DNA from: Sodalis sp. (in: enterobacteria)
GTDB taxonomy: Bacteria > Pseudomonadota > Gammaproteobacteria > Enterobacterales > Enterobacteriaceae
NCBI GenBank assembly: GCA_047528285.1
Contig: CP180022.1
Coordinates: 1,159,958-1,223,957, forward strand
DNA: 64,000 nucleotides
Direction: 5' to 3'
The notes under the pieces: generated by a model
Seen by the model: the letters and a program-made list of their open reading frames with translations, nothing else
Told to the model about the DNA's origin: nothing
The model's database searches: none
Shown: positions 1 to 11,430 of the stretch, piece by piece
How positions within the stretch are numbered: the stretch's first letter is position 1
Layout: each line of letters begins with the position of its first letter
Translations under genes and position numbers: made by a program

Positions 1-601
1 GATAGTTATTGTGAACAAGAAGAGCATATGAGTGATTATTTTGCTGCAATCTACTGACGTGTAGGGGTAATAATTACTTCATGCAGTCTTCTGAAACCAA
101 TTTTTTCGTTTTTAAGAAAATGCATATGGTTGAATTGTAGCGAAAGTTTATTGCTGGATCATTGATAAGTTCGTTTTCCGATGAAGAAAGAAGATTGTTT
201 TGTATAATATATTTTTAAATCAGCGATGGATAGCGACGACTTAAGCGTTTACTTACTCCGTCTGGGGATGGGTAAGTTGAGATTATCTTTAAAAAAGAAT
301 AGCACATATCACGATATATCTGTATCTATAGATATCTAGGACTTGATGGCAATGGAAATTATGGAGCTTGCATTGTGGGGGTATCGGCATCGCTATCGAT
401 CTAAAACTGAACTAAAATGTTCAATTAAGCAATGCTATCTATAGAAAACCTCTCAAAAAAAGTTCTAATTAGATCCACTTGTGCGATCTAGTGTAGGGTT
501 TATCCAGAGAGTTTTTAGATTAGCCCCTTTTTCCTCTATTTATCTGGAAGGGGAAGGGTTGTGAGAGACTCATATCCCCCAAACCATGATACCGACGACG
601 G

Positions 602-1567
602 CTATCGCAGTTCCGCTGTGATGAGTTGTTGAAGCATCTCCATATGGGCTACATCATCGTTCAGCGCAGGAATATAATGAAATAAGCTGCCACCGGCACA
701 TTCAAATATTTTCCGGTTTTGTATCTGGATTTCTTCCAGTGTTTCTAGACAATCGGCAGAAAAACCAGGGCAAATTACTTGCACTTGCTTTACTCCTTGC
801 GCCGGTAGAATTTTCATGGTTGTATCTGTGGCGGGCCCTAGCCAGGGATCATAACCGAAATGTGATTGAAAAGTCATCAGCACTTGATTTGCTGGATAAT
901 CCAGTGCCGTAACTAGAGCTTGGCGTGTGACTTCACACCTCTGCGGATAATCATCTCCCTTCTTTACGTATCTTTTCGGTATACCGTGAAATGAGATAAC
1001 TAGCCTATCTGGTTTTCCATGCTGAACAAATGCGCGCGTAACGCTTTCTCTCAGGGCGGAAATATAGGCTGGATGTGCTGCGTAATCGCGGATAAAACTT
1101 ATTGATGGTAAACAGCAATACTCGGATAAACTTTTTGCTACCGCGTTCCAAATCGAAGCACTGGTGGAAGAGCAATATTGCGGATATAGTGGTAAGATTA
1201 TTAGCCGGGTGATACCTTTTTCTAGAAGGTGCGTTAATGCTTGTGATAATGCCGGCTGCCCATAGCTCATCCCTAGTGCTACTGTGATATCCGGCAAACG
1301 AGCGGATAGTGCTTGTTGTTGTAGACGGCTATATACTAAAAGCGGCGAACCTTTTTCCATCCAGATTCTTTTATATAGTTTAGCTACCTTCGGTGAACGT
1401 CGAGGCAGGATAATACCGTACAACAATGGTAACCAAAGCATGCGCGGTTTATCTACCACGCGTTTGTCTCTAAGGAACTCAGCTAAATAGCGCTTAACCG
1501 CACGCGGGGTAGGAGCATTTGGTGTGCCTAAATTTACCATTAATACGCCGTATTTTTCTTGCTTCAT
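602..1567 (-). CDS. hemH: ferrochelatase
   Basis: ORF 602..1606 reads [33 protein letters not shown]..., collinear with the E. coli HemH N-terminus ([32 protein letters not shown]). The ORF-track start at 1606 is GTG. The conserved N-terminus fits the in-frame ATG at 1567 ([14 protein letters not shown]). Confidence 0.9.
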   Translation of the reverse strand: MKQEKYGVLMVNLGTPNAPTPRAVKRYLAEFLRDKRVVDKPRMLWLPLLYGIILPRRSPKVAKLYKRIWMEKGSPLLVYSRLQQQALSARLPDITVALGMSYGQPALSQALTHLLEKGITRLIILPLYPQYCSSTSASIWNAVAKSLSEYCCLPSISFIRDYAAHPAYISALRESVTRAFVQHGKPDRLVISFHGIPKRYVKKGDDYPQRCEVTRQALVTALDYPANQVLMTFQSHFGYDPWLGPATDTTMKILPAQGVKQVQVICPGFSADCLETLEEIQIQNRKIFECAGGSLFHYIPALNDDVAHMEMLQQLITAELR

Positions 1568-2382
1568 TACCGTCTCATTATTGGTGAAAGGCTGTAGCTT
1601 AACCACATGGTTATATTCATAGGTATCTATCGATTTTTGATAGAGATCATGGCAGACTTATAGCTATTTTGATTAATTTATCTGGAATATATTCCACAAT
1701 ATCAGTAAAAGATTTTTTAATAATATACAGATTTTTTGCAGCAGAACATAACCATTTAATGCTGCTTGCCTTTGTTGGCATCCTGATAGGCGATATTGTA
1801 TTAAAGACTTGTAGTACCATCTTTTAATTCAACACGGTGTTTTTATTCCGCATAATCAAAAATAAATTTTTGACAATAAATTCTTGCATATGTTTGACAG
1901 AATCTTTTTCAGGATTGCTAATATAAATTAGTACTTTTTTATATTTACTGATTCTATACAAAGATGTGATCAGTGATCAGCACTTCCTAATGCTGCAGAT
2001 GCTTTGGTGGATTCTATATGACTCTTAAATAGCAACTGTTTTCGTCAGTTAATATTGAAGACAGAGATGTAACTTGACAAACCTGCTGCTAGATCAACTA
2101 AAATATTGCTTTGTAACTGATAATCAATATCAGTTCCACATGTGTTATTTCAGATAAGTAAATTTAGTATGATGAAATGAAATTTTCAGAAAACTCAATC
2201 ATAAATAACCAGAAGATAAAAATCTATGTTGAGTGTACATTTTCTAATGTGTAAGCCTAATAATCGATGCCTTCATTTTGCTAAAACTAATTCGTTTATT
2301 TTTTTTAAGAAAAAAAAATAATAGGGCTTCGATGGTAGAAAATGTGTACTTTTTGGTATTGTCAGATTTTTAGTGTTAAAGG

Positions 2383-2428
2383 GATTTATTAAATAAATCA
2401 AAATTGATTATGATTTATTTAATAAATC
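2383..2428. repeat. perfect 18-bp inverted repeat (GATTTATTAAATAAATCA / TGATTTATTTAATAAATC) with a 10-nt spacer
   Basis: Read directly: 2383-2400 is the exact reverse complement of 2411-2428. It lies in AT-rich non-coding DNA between hemH and mqo. Confidence 0.9.
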
Positions 2429-2854
2429 ATGCATAAAGATGCAAGAATTGATAGAAGTAATTTACAGCGTTGGGTTATCGAGAGTTTTATAAAATGGCAT
2501 CAATCTCGTCAATGAATGGATTAAAATCATTCTACAAAAATGATCGCATATATCACGATAAATTTGTATATGGAAGCCAAATTGGTTGAAGTTGCTAACG
2601 AAGTGGGAGAGAGAGCAGAAAGTTAAACTTTCCTTCTAATCCTCAGATAGGTGGAAAGGTGAGATGAGGTTGGCACAAAGGTGTTGGTAATGGGATATGG
2701 ATTTTTTACATCGTAAGGTTTATTTGGCAAATGCACTATTTTTTTAAGTAAGAGAATATGGTATATCCACATGCTGTGGATTGCCAGAAACATGAGGTGA
2801 GTATATGTATAGCACTTGATTCTCATCAAGCTTCGAATATTTTTACAAGATTTT

Positions 2855-4444
2855 TTATTTGTTTTCTTTTGTTTCTTGCGGTGTGCTATCGATAAAAGTG
2901 AGCCCCAATGCTTCTGAGGTATATCGGAAGATATCCTTGAATATCAAGAGGTTTCCATTCATTGTCTTGCCGTAAGATGGCAAAATTTCTTTAAGTTTAC
3001 GCTGCCAGGCGTCGCTACCCATTTCTTTTTTAAACATAGATCCCAGAAGCTCCAGCATGATGGATGCTGCGGTTGAAGCCCCGGGTGATGCACCTAGCAT
3101 TGCAGATAGGGAGCCGTCGGCTGAATTGACTATTTCGGTTCCGAACTGCAAAATACCACCTTTCCCCGCGTTTTTTTTTATTATTTGCACTCTCTGGCCA
3201 GCCTCAATTAAAGACCAATCTGCTATATTAGCACGCGGATAATATTGACGCAGGGCGATTAAACGATCTTTATCTGATAATAAAACTTGGTTAATAAGAT
3301 ATTTGATTAACGAAAAATTATGCATTCCGACATGGAGCATGGGTTGTAAATTTTGTCGGGTGAGCGAATGAAATAGATCAAGCCAGGATCCATGTTTGAG
3401 AAATTTGCTGCTAAAGGTAGCGAATGGACCAAAAAGCAGCGCTTGATTACCCTCGAGAATACGGGTATCAATATGGGGAACCGACATTGGAGGTGCACCA
3501 AATGATGCTTTGCCGTACACTTTAGCGTAATGATTGTCGACTACGGTAGGGTTTGTTGCCACAAGAAATTGCCCACCTACCGGAAAGCCTGCATAGCCTT
3601 TCCCCTCTGGGATTCCGGATTTTTGTAGCAATGTTAATGATGCGCCGCCGCCGCCAATAAATACATGGCGAGCATGGACTGTCGACTTCAGGCCCCCATT
3701 GCTGTTGTCGACGACACGTACTCTCCAGGTTTTATCAGGATTACGTGTGATATCCTTGACCTCATGCTTTAAGTGCAAATGAAAATTGGGATGTTGTTGT
3801 AGCGCAGATAGCAGCTGCTGCGTTATTTCACCAAAATTCACGTCGGTGCCTATTTCCATTCGAGTGGCTGCTACTTTTTGGAATTTGTTACGTCCATCCA
3901 TGATAAGCGGTGCCCATTCACGGATTTGCTGCGGATTTTCGGAATAGGTCATGCCGTGAAATAGCAAGCTGGTTTGTAGTGCATTGAAGCGCTGACGCAA
4001 TAAACGGATGTTATTTTCGCCCCATACGAAGCTCATATGCGGAACATTATTGATAAAAGTTTTCGGCCTCGTGAGGATCTTTTGTTTAACCTGATAGGCC
4101 CAAAATTGGCGTGAGATTTCAAAAGATTCGTTCACCGAAATTGCTTTAGAGATATCTACAGATCCAGTTTTAGTGAAGGTGGTGTAGTTAAGCTCGCAAA
4201 ATGCGGCATGACCGGTGCCAGCATTATTCCAACCATTTGAGCTTTCCTGTGCCGGGTTATCCAGGCGTTCATACATGTGCGTGATCCAGCTTGGTTCTAG
4301 TGCTTTCAGATAAGTTCCTAGCGTTGCGCTCATTATTCCTCCGCCAATCAGTATGATATCTACAGGAGATTTATTCGAAATCTGTTGCTGTTTGGCTGAC
4401 ATAGAAGAAGTTATGTATGTGGGAGTTATGAAATATTCTTTCAT
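2855..4444 (-). CDS. mqo: malate:quinone oxidoreductase (FAD-dependent)
   Basis: The 529-aa ORF contains [23 protein letters not shown]...[22 protein letters not shown], matching E. coli Mqo ([23 protein letters not shown]...[22 protein letters not shown]). ATG start at 4444. Confidence 0.9.
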   Translation of the reverse strand: MKEYFITPTYITSSMSAKQQQISNKSPVDIILIGGGIMSATLGTYLKALEPSWITHMYERLDNPAQESSNGWNNAGTGHAAFCELNYTTFTKTGSVDISKAISVNESFEISRQFWAYQVKQKILTRPKTFINNVPHMSFVWGENNIRLLRQRFNALQTSLLFHGMTYSENPQQIREWAPLIMDGRNKFQKVAATRMEIGTDVNFGEITQQLLSALQQHPNFHLHLKHEVKDITRNPDKTWRVRVVDNSNGGLKSTVHARHVFIGGGGASLTLLQKSGIPEGKGYAGFPVGGQFLVATNPTVVDNHYAKVYGKASFGAPPMSVPHIDTRILEGNQALLFGPFATFSSKFLKHGSWLDLFHSLTRQNLQPMLHVGMHNFSLIKYLINQVLLSDKDRLIALRQYYPRANIADWSLIEAGQRVQIIKKNAGKGGILQFGTEIVNSADGSLSAMLGASPGASTAASIMLELLGSMFKKEMGSDAWQRKLKEILPSYGKTMNGNLLIFKDIFRYTSEALGLTFIDSTPQETKENK

Positions 4445-6273
4445 GCGCAGTATCTCTTTTCGGAAACAATACCGAAAGGGCGGTGTTGTTTTTAAGTTTC
4501 TTTCTGTTGAAAATCTGAATCTGTTTATGGTTATGCACTGTGGTGATATAGCTACAGTAGACCACAGATTATGACTATCTGATAAATATACTTTGATTTT
4601 TAGTTATCAATAATTTTTGCTATATTATTTTTTAAATAATTCACTTGCTAGATTAATCTAGGATTGCTTTGAGTAAGAAAGATCTGCTTCTTTTTTGCTA
4701 AAAAAAGAAAATAAATCTGATGGTATAGCCATTTTTATTCGGGAAGCAGGCTTAAGAAAATTTTCTAATATTCCTTGAATATTTAACTCCGAGTAGGTAA
4801 AAAAATTATGTAATTATTGCAACTGAGACTAACCAAGCAAGGCCAATAAAAGAAGAGATATTTAACTAAACATTTGATAGTCATCATAATTAATTATTGA
4901 AATGTTATCAAGTAATAATGAAGATTTCTATCTTCAACTTAAAATAGAAATTTTAGATTTTATATCTGCCGCATATAAAAATTACACTTTAAATTTAAAG
5001 ACTAAATCTTTCAGTAAGTTAAATAAAAACCCCGACAAATCAGACTTTGTCTGAGCGATTGTTATGCGATCCGAATGCTATTTAATAATTTTTAATGGTA
5101 CACTGTGATTAAGTGCTTTAACTATTTTTTCTGGGACTTATGCATTATAGTCATACAGATTTGGATGATTCTACATAAAAGTGTTTCGACTTGGAGTACG
5201 GCTAATTCAGTCATTAAGTTTCGGTTTATAATGCACTCTTTCCTAGGTAATAGTGGTTTCTGTTTAGAAACGGACTTTTTACGGCTTGGTTATATTAAAT
5301 GATATCGGTCTGGCTTATTTTGGAGGTAGTAGCTTTATATTTTTTCTGGAAATGATTAGAATTATATGTGTTCGTAAAGCATTTTCAGATGACTTTCTAT
5401 TTCTTTTTCTGTAGGCATGGTTTATAAAATTAAGCGAATCTAGTATGTCAGTTAGGATTAACTTTCTGAGGCGAAAATTGATAGAAGATAATTTTCTATT
5501 TATTGTGCTGATTTCCTTGTATCAAATACATGTTTAAGTTAAAATTAAATATTTTATTATACTAGACTTTCCATATCTTATTATGGCCGCAAGGCTGATA
5601 GTATCAATAACCAAAATAAGAAATGCTATTTTGGTATTGAGTTTTATGGTACTGTTAATTTTTTGCTTGTTTATTGAGACTGGTATAATTAGAATAACGC
5701 AGTAATACTTTTTTCTAATTTAAAAATAGAGCTAACAAATTTTGTCTGGCTTTGATAGAAAGATTGAACACATGTTGCATCGTTATGAACCTGTCATAAC
5801 GGGAATGTCTAGTGAGAAAAGGGGGTTTCATGGTTTTTAGGAAACTTTTCTTCGTTGATATCTAGATTTCATTTCTGACTTATTTACGCATATTTTCAGA
5901 AAACCACCCTTCTTAAGGGTTTTGTTGCCACGGGGTGTGGTGAGTGATTTAAACTTTTTGTCTTGAAGAAAATGTTCAAATGGTACTAACAATTTTATTT
6001 AACGATCACCTAAATTTAATTTAGATAACAATATCTACATAAATATATATTTCTAGGTGTATTAATTTGACTAATCTATAATTTATCCTTTCGTGCTGTT
6101 TTTTGAACGTTGCATTAGATGTTATTATGATATTTATTTTGCAATTGAGTTGAGAAAATAAGGTAGCACATAGTTCTAAGGATTTTACAAAAATATGCAA
6201 AATTTGATTATTTAAGTTCTAGCTATGATGGACAGAAGGTAAATACTTTGTTACTTTTAACATTATGTAAATT

Positions 6274-6290
6274 AATTGGTATTACCAATT
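6274..6290. promoter_or_regulatory. PdhR operator box (AATTGGT-ATT-ACCAATT)
   Basis: A perfect 7+3+7 palindrome matching the published PdhR box consensus ATTGGTnnnACCAAT (E. coli Ppdh: AATTGGTAAGACCAATT). It lies 30 nt upstream of the pdhR remnant. A possible sigma70 promoter overlaps it: TTGTTA 6248-6253, 17-nt spacer, ATTAAT 6271-6276. Confidence 0.75.
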
Positions 6291-6320
6291 TACTCTATTA
6301 GTATTTCCGCAAAAACAAAA

Positions 6321-7217
6321 ATAATCTATAAAATTTGTCAATCCCAATTGACGGATGTTATAAAACAACAGTTGGAATATTTAATTTTAGAATGGTTACT
6401 GGCTTGACAAGTTTTTCCTTTCTTTAGTAGAAGTGAATTGGCCAAGAAATTTTAGTTCTAGCCTGCTGATTTTTACTGGGCTTAGTTGCTAATTCAATGG
6501 TTGGAAGTCAAAAGGTCTTTTTCGTGCGCTGTTTAAACGGCGATGGATTTTTATATACCTTTTTATAAAAAGGTGATTTTGTAGAGTTTTAGTGATCATC
6601 TAGTTAGATTACTGGTGGAATATTTTGAACTACAAGATGATTTGTTAAAGTGGGGGCCGGTTAAATGTCCAGAGTTATCGATGACGATTATATATATTGT
6701 GATGCACGTTACAAAGTAGGATGTCATGCATATTCTGATATGTAATCAAGAATAATACGGGGTGTGTAGGAAAGCAAAAATCTTGAAGCGGGAAGTTAAA
6801 AGGTGCTGTTATAAATTTGCAGCTCTTTGTTATCTAGCGCCACGGAGAATCTGGTTGAATATTGCATCTACTGCGTTGGTATTTAGCTATTATAGCAAAT
6901 ATAACATGTTTTAGAATCATTCTGGTGCCAAATGATATTTTTGTGCCCCATATTTTAGAAGCGATAGTTGCGTAAGAGTCAGAAAAAGTCGCTTGTAGAA
7001 AGTCTACTGTTTTAGCTGAATGTTTATTGGGGGCATTTTAGTGGTCTTCCGCTAGGTAGTGACAAGATAATTCAACATAAATGATTACCGCGAGGATTCC
7101 AGCAATCCAAGGATTAAATTTCTAAGAATAAGGGCTAGTGTAGCATCGAAAATTATAGAAGATATTTTATATGACCAGCCACCCCTCCCGAGTTTTATGA
7201 AGATAATCTCCAAATAA
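6321..7217 (+). pseudogene. pdhR: pyruvate dehydrogenase complex repressor PdhR, inactivated
   Basis: The frame from 6321 reads IIYKICQSQLTDVIKQQLEYLILEWLLA*...SELAKKF*F*...LLIQWLEVK...*SFSDHLVRLLVEYFELQDDLL... and ends ...ASKIIEDILYDQPPLPSFMKIISK*. This is collinear with E. coli PdhR ([26 protein letters not shown]...RELAKQF...AIQRLEAK...[21 protein letters not shown]...LAFIEEILLD). The expected start position reads ATA, and there are at least six in-frame stops in the first ~90 codons. Confidence 0.85.
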
Positions 7218-7250
7218 ATCAATATTAAAGATAGATAAGGAACAACCACC

Positions 7251-9920
7251 ATGTCAGAATGTTTATACAATGACGTGGACCCGATTGAAACACGCGAATG
7301 GTTACAGGCGATCGAATCGGTTATCCGTGAGGAAGGTATTGAACGCGCGCAATTTCTGATTGATCAGGTTTTGAACCAAGCGCGTAAAGGTGGGGTAAGC
7401 AACATTGTTCAAGGTGAAGCTAGAGGTAACTACATCAACACCATTCCGGTTGAGGAAGAGCCTGAATATCCCGGTAATTTAGAATTGGAGCGACGTATCC
7501 GCTCTGCTATTCGCTGGAATGCTGTTATGACCGTGCTGCACGCATCGAAAAAAAATTTGGAACTAGGCGGGCATATGGCATCGTTTCAATCTTCCGCTAC
7601 GATTTATGAGGTATGTTTTAATCATTTTTTTCGTACGAGCAACGAAAAAGATGGTGGTGATTTAGTTTATTTCCAAGGCCATATTTCACCGGGTATTTAC
7701 GCACGAGCTTTTCTTGAAGGTCGATTGACTGAAGATCAAATGAATAATTTTCGCCAAGAAATACACGGTAAAGGTCTTTCCTCCTACCCGCATCCGAATT
7801 TGATGCCGGAGTTCTGGCAGTTCCCTACGGTGTCAATGGGCCTTGGCCCTATAAGTGCAATTTATCAAGCAAAATTCCTTAAATATTTAGAACACCGTGA
7901 ATTGAAGGATACCAGCAATCAAACTGTGTACGCTTTTCTGGGTGATGGCGAAATGGATGAGCCTGAATCCAAGGGAACCCTTACCATCGCTACGCGCGAA
8001 AAGCTGGATAATTTAGTGTTTATCATCAACTGTAATTTGCAGCGCCTGGATGGTCCTGTGACAGGTAACGGGAAGATTATTAATGAGCTTGAAGGTATTT
8101 TCAGCGGGGCCGGCTGGGAAGTAATTAAAGTGATTTGGGGCAGTCGTTGGAACGATTTATTTCGCAAAGATACTTCCGGAAAATTAATTCAGCTAATGAA
8201 TGAAACCGTCGATGGTGACTATCAGACTTTAAAATCAAAGAACGGTGCCTATGTACGTAAACACTTTTTTGGCAAATATCCGGAAACCACCATTTTGGTA
8301 AAAGATATGAGCGATGCTGAGATTTGGGCGCTGAATCGTGGTGGCCATGATCCGAAGAAAATCTATGCTGCTCTGCAAAAAGCTAAAAAAATTACCGGAA
8401 AACCCGTGGTAATCCTTGCGCACACCATCAAAGGTTACGGAATGGGTATAACCGCTGAAGGCATGAATATTGCACACCAAGTAAAAAAAATGAATATAGA
8501 AGGGATACGTTACTTCCGTGATCGTTTCAACCTGAACACAATTTCTGATGATAAAATCGAATCTTTGCCATATATAACCTTTAAAGAGGGTTCAGAGGAG
8601 TATACGTATTTGCATGAGCGTCGAAAAGCGTTGTCTGGCTATCTTCCGAGTCGCCTAAAGGATTTTACTAAACCCTTGAAACTTCCCACTCTCGATGATT
8701 TCGCCCCCCTTCTTGGAGCGCAAAAGAAAGAAATTTCTACCACCATTGCTTTTGTTCGGGTGCTAAATTTGATGTTAAAGAATCAATCAATTAAGGATCG
8801 ATTGGTACCGATTGTAGCCGATGAAGCTCGTACTTTTGGTATGGAAGGCCTGTTCCGTCAAATAGGCATTTATAGTTCCAGCGGTCAGTTATACACGCCT
8901 CAAGACCGTGAACAGGTAGCCTATTATCGTGAAGATGAAAAGGGGCAGATTCTGCAAGAAGGGATTTGTGAGCTAGGCGCTGCTTCTTCTTGGTTGGCGG
9001 CAGCAACTTCATATAGCACAAATGATTTTCCGATGATCCCGTTTTATATCTACTACTCAATGTTTGGGTTCCAGCGTATCGGCGATCTGTTTTGGGCGGC
9101 GGGGGACCAGCAGGCACGTGGATTTCTAATCGGTGGTACCTCCGGTCGTACTACCCTGAACGGAGAAGGTTTGCAGCATGAAGATGGACATAGCCATATT
9201 CAATCTTTAACTATCCCGAACTGTATTTCCTACGATCCAGCTTATGCCTATGAAGTCGCGGTTATCATGCATGATGGGTTAACTCGGATGTACGGCGATA
9301 AACCAGAAAACATCTACTATTATTTGACTACTCTAAACGAAAACTACACTATGCCTGCTATGCCTAAAGGTGCTGAAGAGGGCATTCGAAAAGGCATCTA
9401 CAAGCTAGAAACGCTAGAAGGTGGCACAGGTAAAGTTCAATTGATAAGTTCGGGCGCTATTCTACGCCATGTGCGAAAAGCGGCACAGATCTTATCGAAA
9501 GAGTATGAAGTGGGTTCCGATGTTTACAGCGTAACTTCTTTCACTGAATTGGCACGGAACGGACAGGATTGTGAGCGCTGGAATATGCTACATCCAACTA
9601 AAAAGCCACTCGTGCCCTATGTAACCACTGTACTGAATGATGCTCCAGTTGTAGCATCCACCGACTATATGAAACTTTTTGCCGAGCAAATCCGTCACTT
9701 TATTCCGTCCAGTGAGTTTTGCGTTCTTGGCACTGATGGTTTTGGACGTTCCGATAGCCGCAAGAATTTACGCCATCATTTTGAAGTGGATGCTAGCTAT
9801 GTGGTAGTTGCAGCGCTTGGTGAATTGGCTAAACGCGGTGATATCAGCGCTGTTCTGGTAGAAAAAGCTATCAGTAAATTCGGTATCGATGTTAATAAAG
9901 TAAACCCTCGTTTGGTATAA
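7251..9920 (+). CDS. aceE: pyruvate dehydrogenase E1 component
   Basis: The 889-aa ORF is collinear with E. coli AceE along its whole length (NDVDPIETREWLQAIESVIREEG...GDGEMDEPES...VNPRL). Confidence 0.97.
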   Translation: MSECLYNDVDPIETREWLQAIESVIREEGIERAQFLIDQVLNQARKGGVSNIVQGEARGNYINTIPVEEEPEYPGNLELERRIRSAIRWNAVMTVLHASKKNLELGGHMASFQSSATIYEVCFNHFFRTSNEKDGGDLVYFQGHISPGIYARAFLEGRLTEDQMNNFRQEIHGKGLSSYPHPNLMPEFWQFPTVSMGLGPISAIYQAKFLKYLEHRELKDTSNQTVYAFLGDGEMDEPESKGTLTIATREKLDNLVFIINCNLQRLDGPVTGNGKIINELEGIFSGAGWEVIKVIWGSRWNDLFRKDTSGKLIQLMNETVDGDYQTLKSKNGAYVRKHFFGKYPETTILVKDMSDAEIWALNRGGHDPKKIYAALQKAKKITGKPVVILAHTIKGYGMGITAEGMNIAHQVKKMNIEGIRYFRDRFNLNTISDDKIESLPYITFKEGSEEYTYLHERRKALSGYLPSRLKDFTKPLKLPTLDDFAPLLGAQKKEISTTIAFVRVLNLMLKNQSIKDRLVPIVADEARTFGMEGLFRQIGIYSSSGQLYTPQDREQVAYYREDEKGQILQEGICELGAASSWLAAATSYSTNDFPMIPFYIYYSMFGFQRIGDLFWAAGDQQARGFLIGGTSGRTTLNGEGLQHEDGHSHIQSLTIPNCISYDPAYAYEVAVIMHDGLTRMYGDKPENIYYYLTTLNENYTMPAMPKGAEEGIRKGIYKLETLEGGTGKVQLISSGAILRHVRKAAQILSKEYEVGSDVYSVTSFTELARNGQDCERWNMLHPTKKPLVPYVTTVLNDAPVVASTDYMKLFAEQIRHFIPSSEFCVLGTDGFGRSDSRKNLRHHFEVDASYVVVAALGELAKRGDISAVLVEKAISKFGIDVNKVNPRLV

Positions 9921-9935
9921 GAGGCAAAGTAAATC

Positions 9936-11210
9936 ATGATAGATATTGAAATCAACGTACCGGATATTGGTGCGGATGAAGTGGAAGTTACTGAAATTCT
10001 TGTCAACGTGGGCGATAAAGTTGATATAGAACAATCGCTAATTACAGTGGAAGGCGATAAAGCCTCAATGGAGGTGCCAGCACCGATTTCTGGTACTCTC
10101 AAAGAGATCAAGATTAATATTGGTGATAAAGTTAGTACAGGATTCCTGATTATGCTATTTGAGGTGGAAGATGCTTATTCAATTGCATTTTCTGATAAGA
10201 AATGCACGGTTTTGGCTTCTGAAAATAAGTACAACGAAAGAGTTATTATTTCACCACCTGAAAATAAAAGCGAATTCGCCGAGAATGAGGCTTATGTGCA
10301 TGCCAGCCCGATTATACGCCGGTTAGCACAAGAATTTAGTATCAATCTGGCAAAGGTCAAAGGCACCGGACGCAAAGAACGCATTCTGTATGAAGATATT
10401 TACGGATATATCAAGGAAGTAGTCAAGATTGCTAAAGATGTTTCTGTCACTGTTGACGACGATCTCCTGCCGGGGATGTTGCCGTGGCCAAAAATGGATT
10501 TCAAAAAATTCGGCGATATTGAAGAGGTGGAACTTGGACGAATTCAAAAAATTTCAGGAGCTAATTTGCATCGTAACTGGGTAAGAATTCCACATGTAAC
10601 CCAGTTCGATGAAGCTGATATCACCGAAGTGGAGGCCTTTCGTACAAAACAGAATGTTGCAGTGGAGAAAAATCCAAATGTAAAAATCACTTTTTTGGTG
10701 TTTATCATGAAGGTGGTTGCCAAAGCGTTAGAAGAATTTCCGCGTTTTAATAGTTCACTTTCTACAAACGCCAAGAAACTAACACTGAAAAAATATATCA
10801 ATATTGGTATAGCGGTTGATACACCCAATGGTTTGGTGGTGCCGGTTTTCCATGATGTGAATAAGAAAGGCATAGTGGCACTATCGTATGAGTTGACAAT
10901 GATCTCGAAAAAAGCTCGAGCCGGCAAGCTAACATCGTCAGATATGCAGGGTGGTTGCTTTACTATTTCTAATCTAGGAGGCATCGGTGGTACGGCATTC
11001 ATGCCTATTGTTAATGCGCCAGAAGTAGCGATACTTGGTGTATCCAAATCTTCAGTCAAGCCAGTATGGAACGGTAAAGAGTTTTCCCCGCGTCTAATGT
11101 TGCCGCTGTCACTTTCCTATGACCATCGAGTTATTGATGGTGCTGATGGCGCACGCTTTATTAGTTTCATCAATAACATGATATCTGATATTCGTTGCTT
11201 GGTAATGTAA
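9936..11210 (+). CDS. aceF: dihydrolipoamide acetyltransferase (PDH E2), single-lipoyl-domain form
   Basis: 424 aa. It has one lipoyl domain ([15 protein letters not shown]), one E3-binding domain ([28 protein letters not shown]) and a catalytic domain ([17 protein letters not shown]). An AAGAGG RBS lies 11 nt upstream, and the gene starts 15 nt after the aceE stop. Confidence 0.95.
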   Translation: MIDIEINVPDIGADEVEVTEILVNVGDKVDIEQSLITVEGDKASMEVPAPISGTLKEIKINIGDKVSTGFLIMLFEVEDAYSIAFSDKKCTVLASENKYNERVIISPPENKSEFAENEAYVHASPIIRRLAQEFSINLAKVKGTGRKERILYEDIYGYIKEVVKIAKDVSVTVDDDLLPGMLPWPKMDFKKFGDIEEVELGRIQKISGANLHRNWVRIPHVTQFDEADITEVEAFRTKQNVAVEKNPNVKITFLVFIMKVVAKALEEFPRFNSSLSTNAKKLTLKKYINIGIAVDTPNGLVVPVFHDVNKKGIVALSYELTMISKKARAGKLTSSDMQGGCFTISNLGGIGGTAFMPIVNAPEVAILGVSKSSVKPVWNGKEFSPRLMLPLSLSYDHRVIDGADGARFISFINNMISDIRCLVM

Positions 11211-11430
11211 TCTTTAAGCTTCTTGTTTGTTTTCTATGTTGAACCTGTGAAATAAAGTTATCGTTGGCAGTACTAACTAAACATGCGCCATCATCACACA
11301 CTTTGCAGTTTATTAAGATTTCTGTAAACTATGATTTTAAAAAAAACACATAAAAGAGGACAATTTATTTATGCAAATGCAAGGAATAGAATAAATTTAC
11401 ACCTGCCGGATAAATAACTAAGAGGTCATG

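Noticed and set aside
426-440. The exact 15-mer TAAGCAATGCTATCT repeated at 426-440 and 26716-26730. Similar ~25-nt strings also occur at ~303-330 and ~2544-2570.
   Set aside because: One or two exact 15-mer repeats are expected by chance in 64 kb of AT-biased sequence, and no extended flanking similarity was seen.
1690-1800. A possible adk remnant upstream of hemH (minus-strand AALNGYV ~ Adk APLIGYY, and IKRWYY ~ RKRLVEY).
   Set aside because: The two matches are too short, and they are spaced inconsistently (14 aa versus 4 aa apart). adk is normally essential, so a synteny break is more likely than an adk pseudogene.
5880-5960. A possible aroP N-terminal trace on the minus strand upstream of pdhR (PLRRVVF*KYA ~ QLKRGLKNRHI).
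   Set aside because: Only ~10 weakly similar residues with no continuation in any frame, so it cannot be distinguished from chance.
10544-11059. Long antisense ORFs inside real genes, including 10544..11059, 29704..30105, 35281..35718, 36883..37221, 37301..37873, 57703..58083 and 8791..9117.
   Set aside because: Each lies opposite a strongly conserved gene (aceF, ftsH, nusA, infB, leuS, aceE). Their translations are low-complexity, with no recognisable family. They are typical shadow ORFs.
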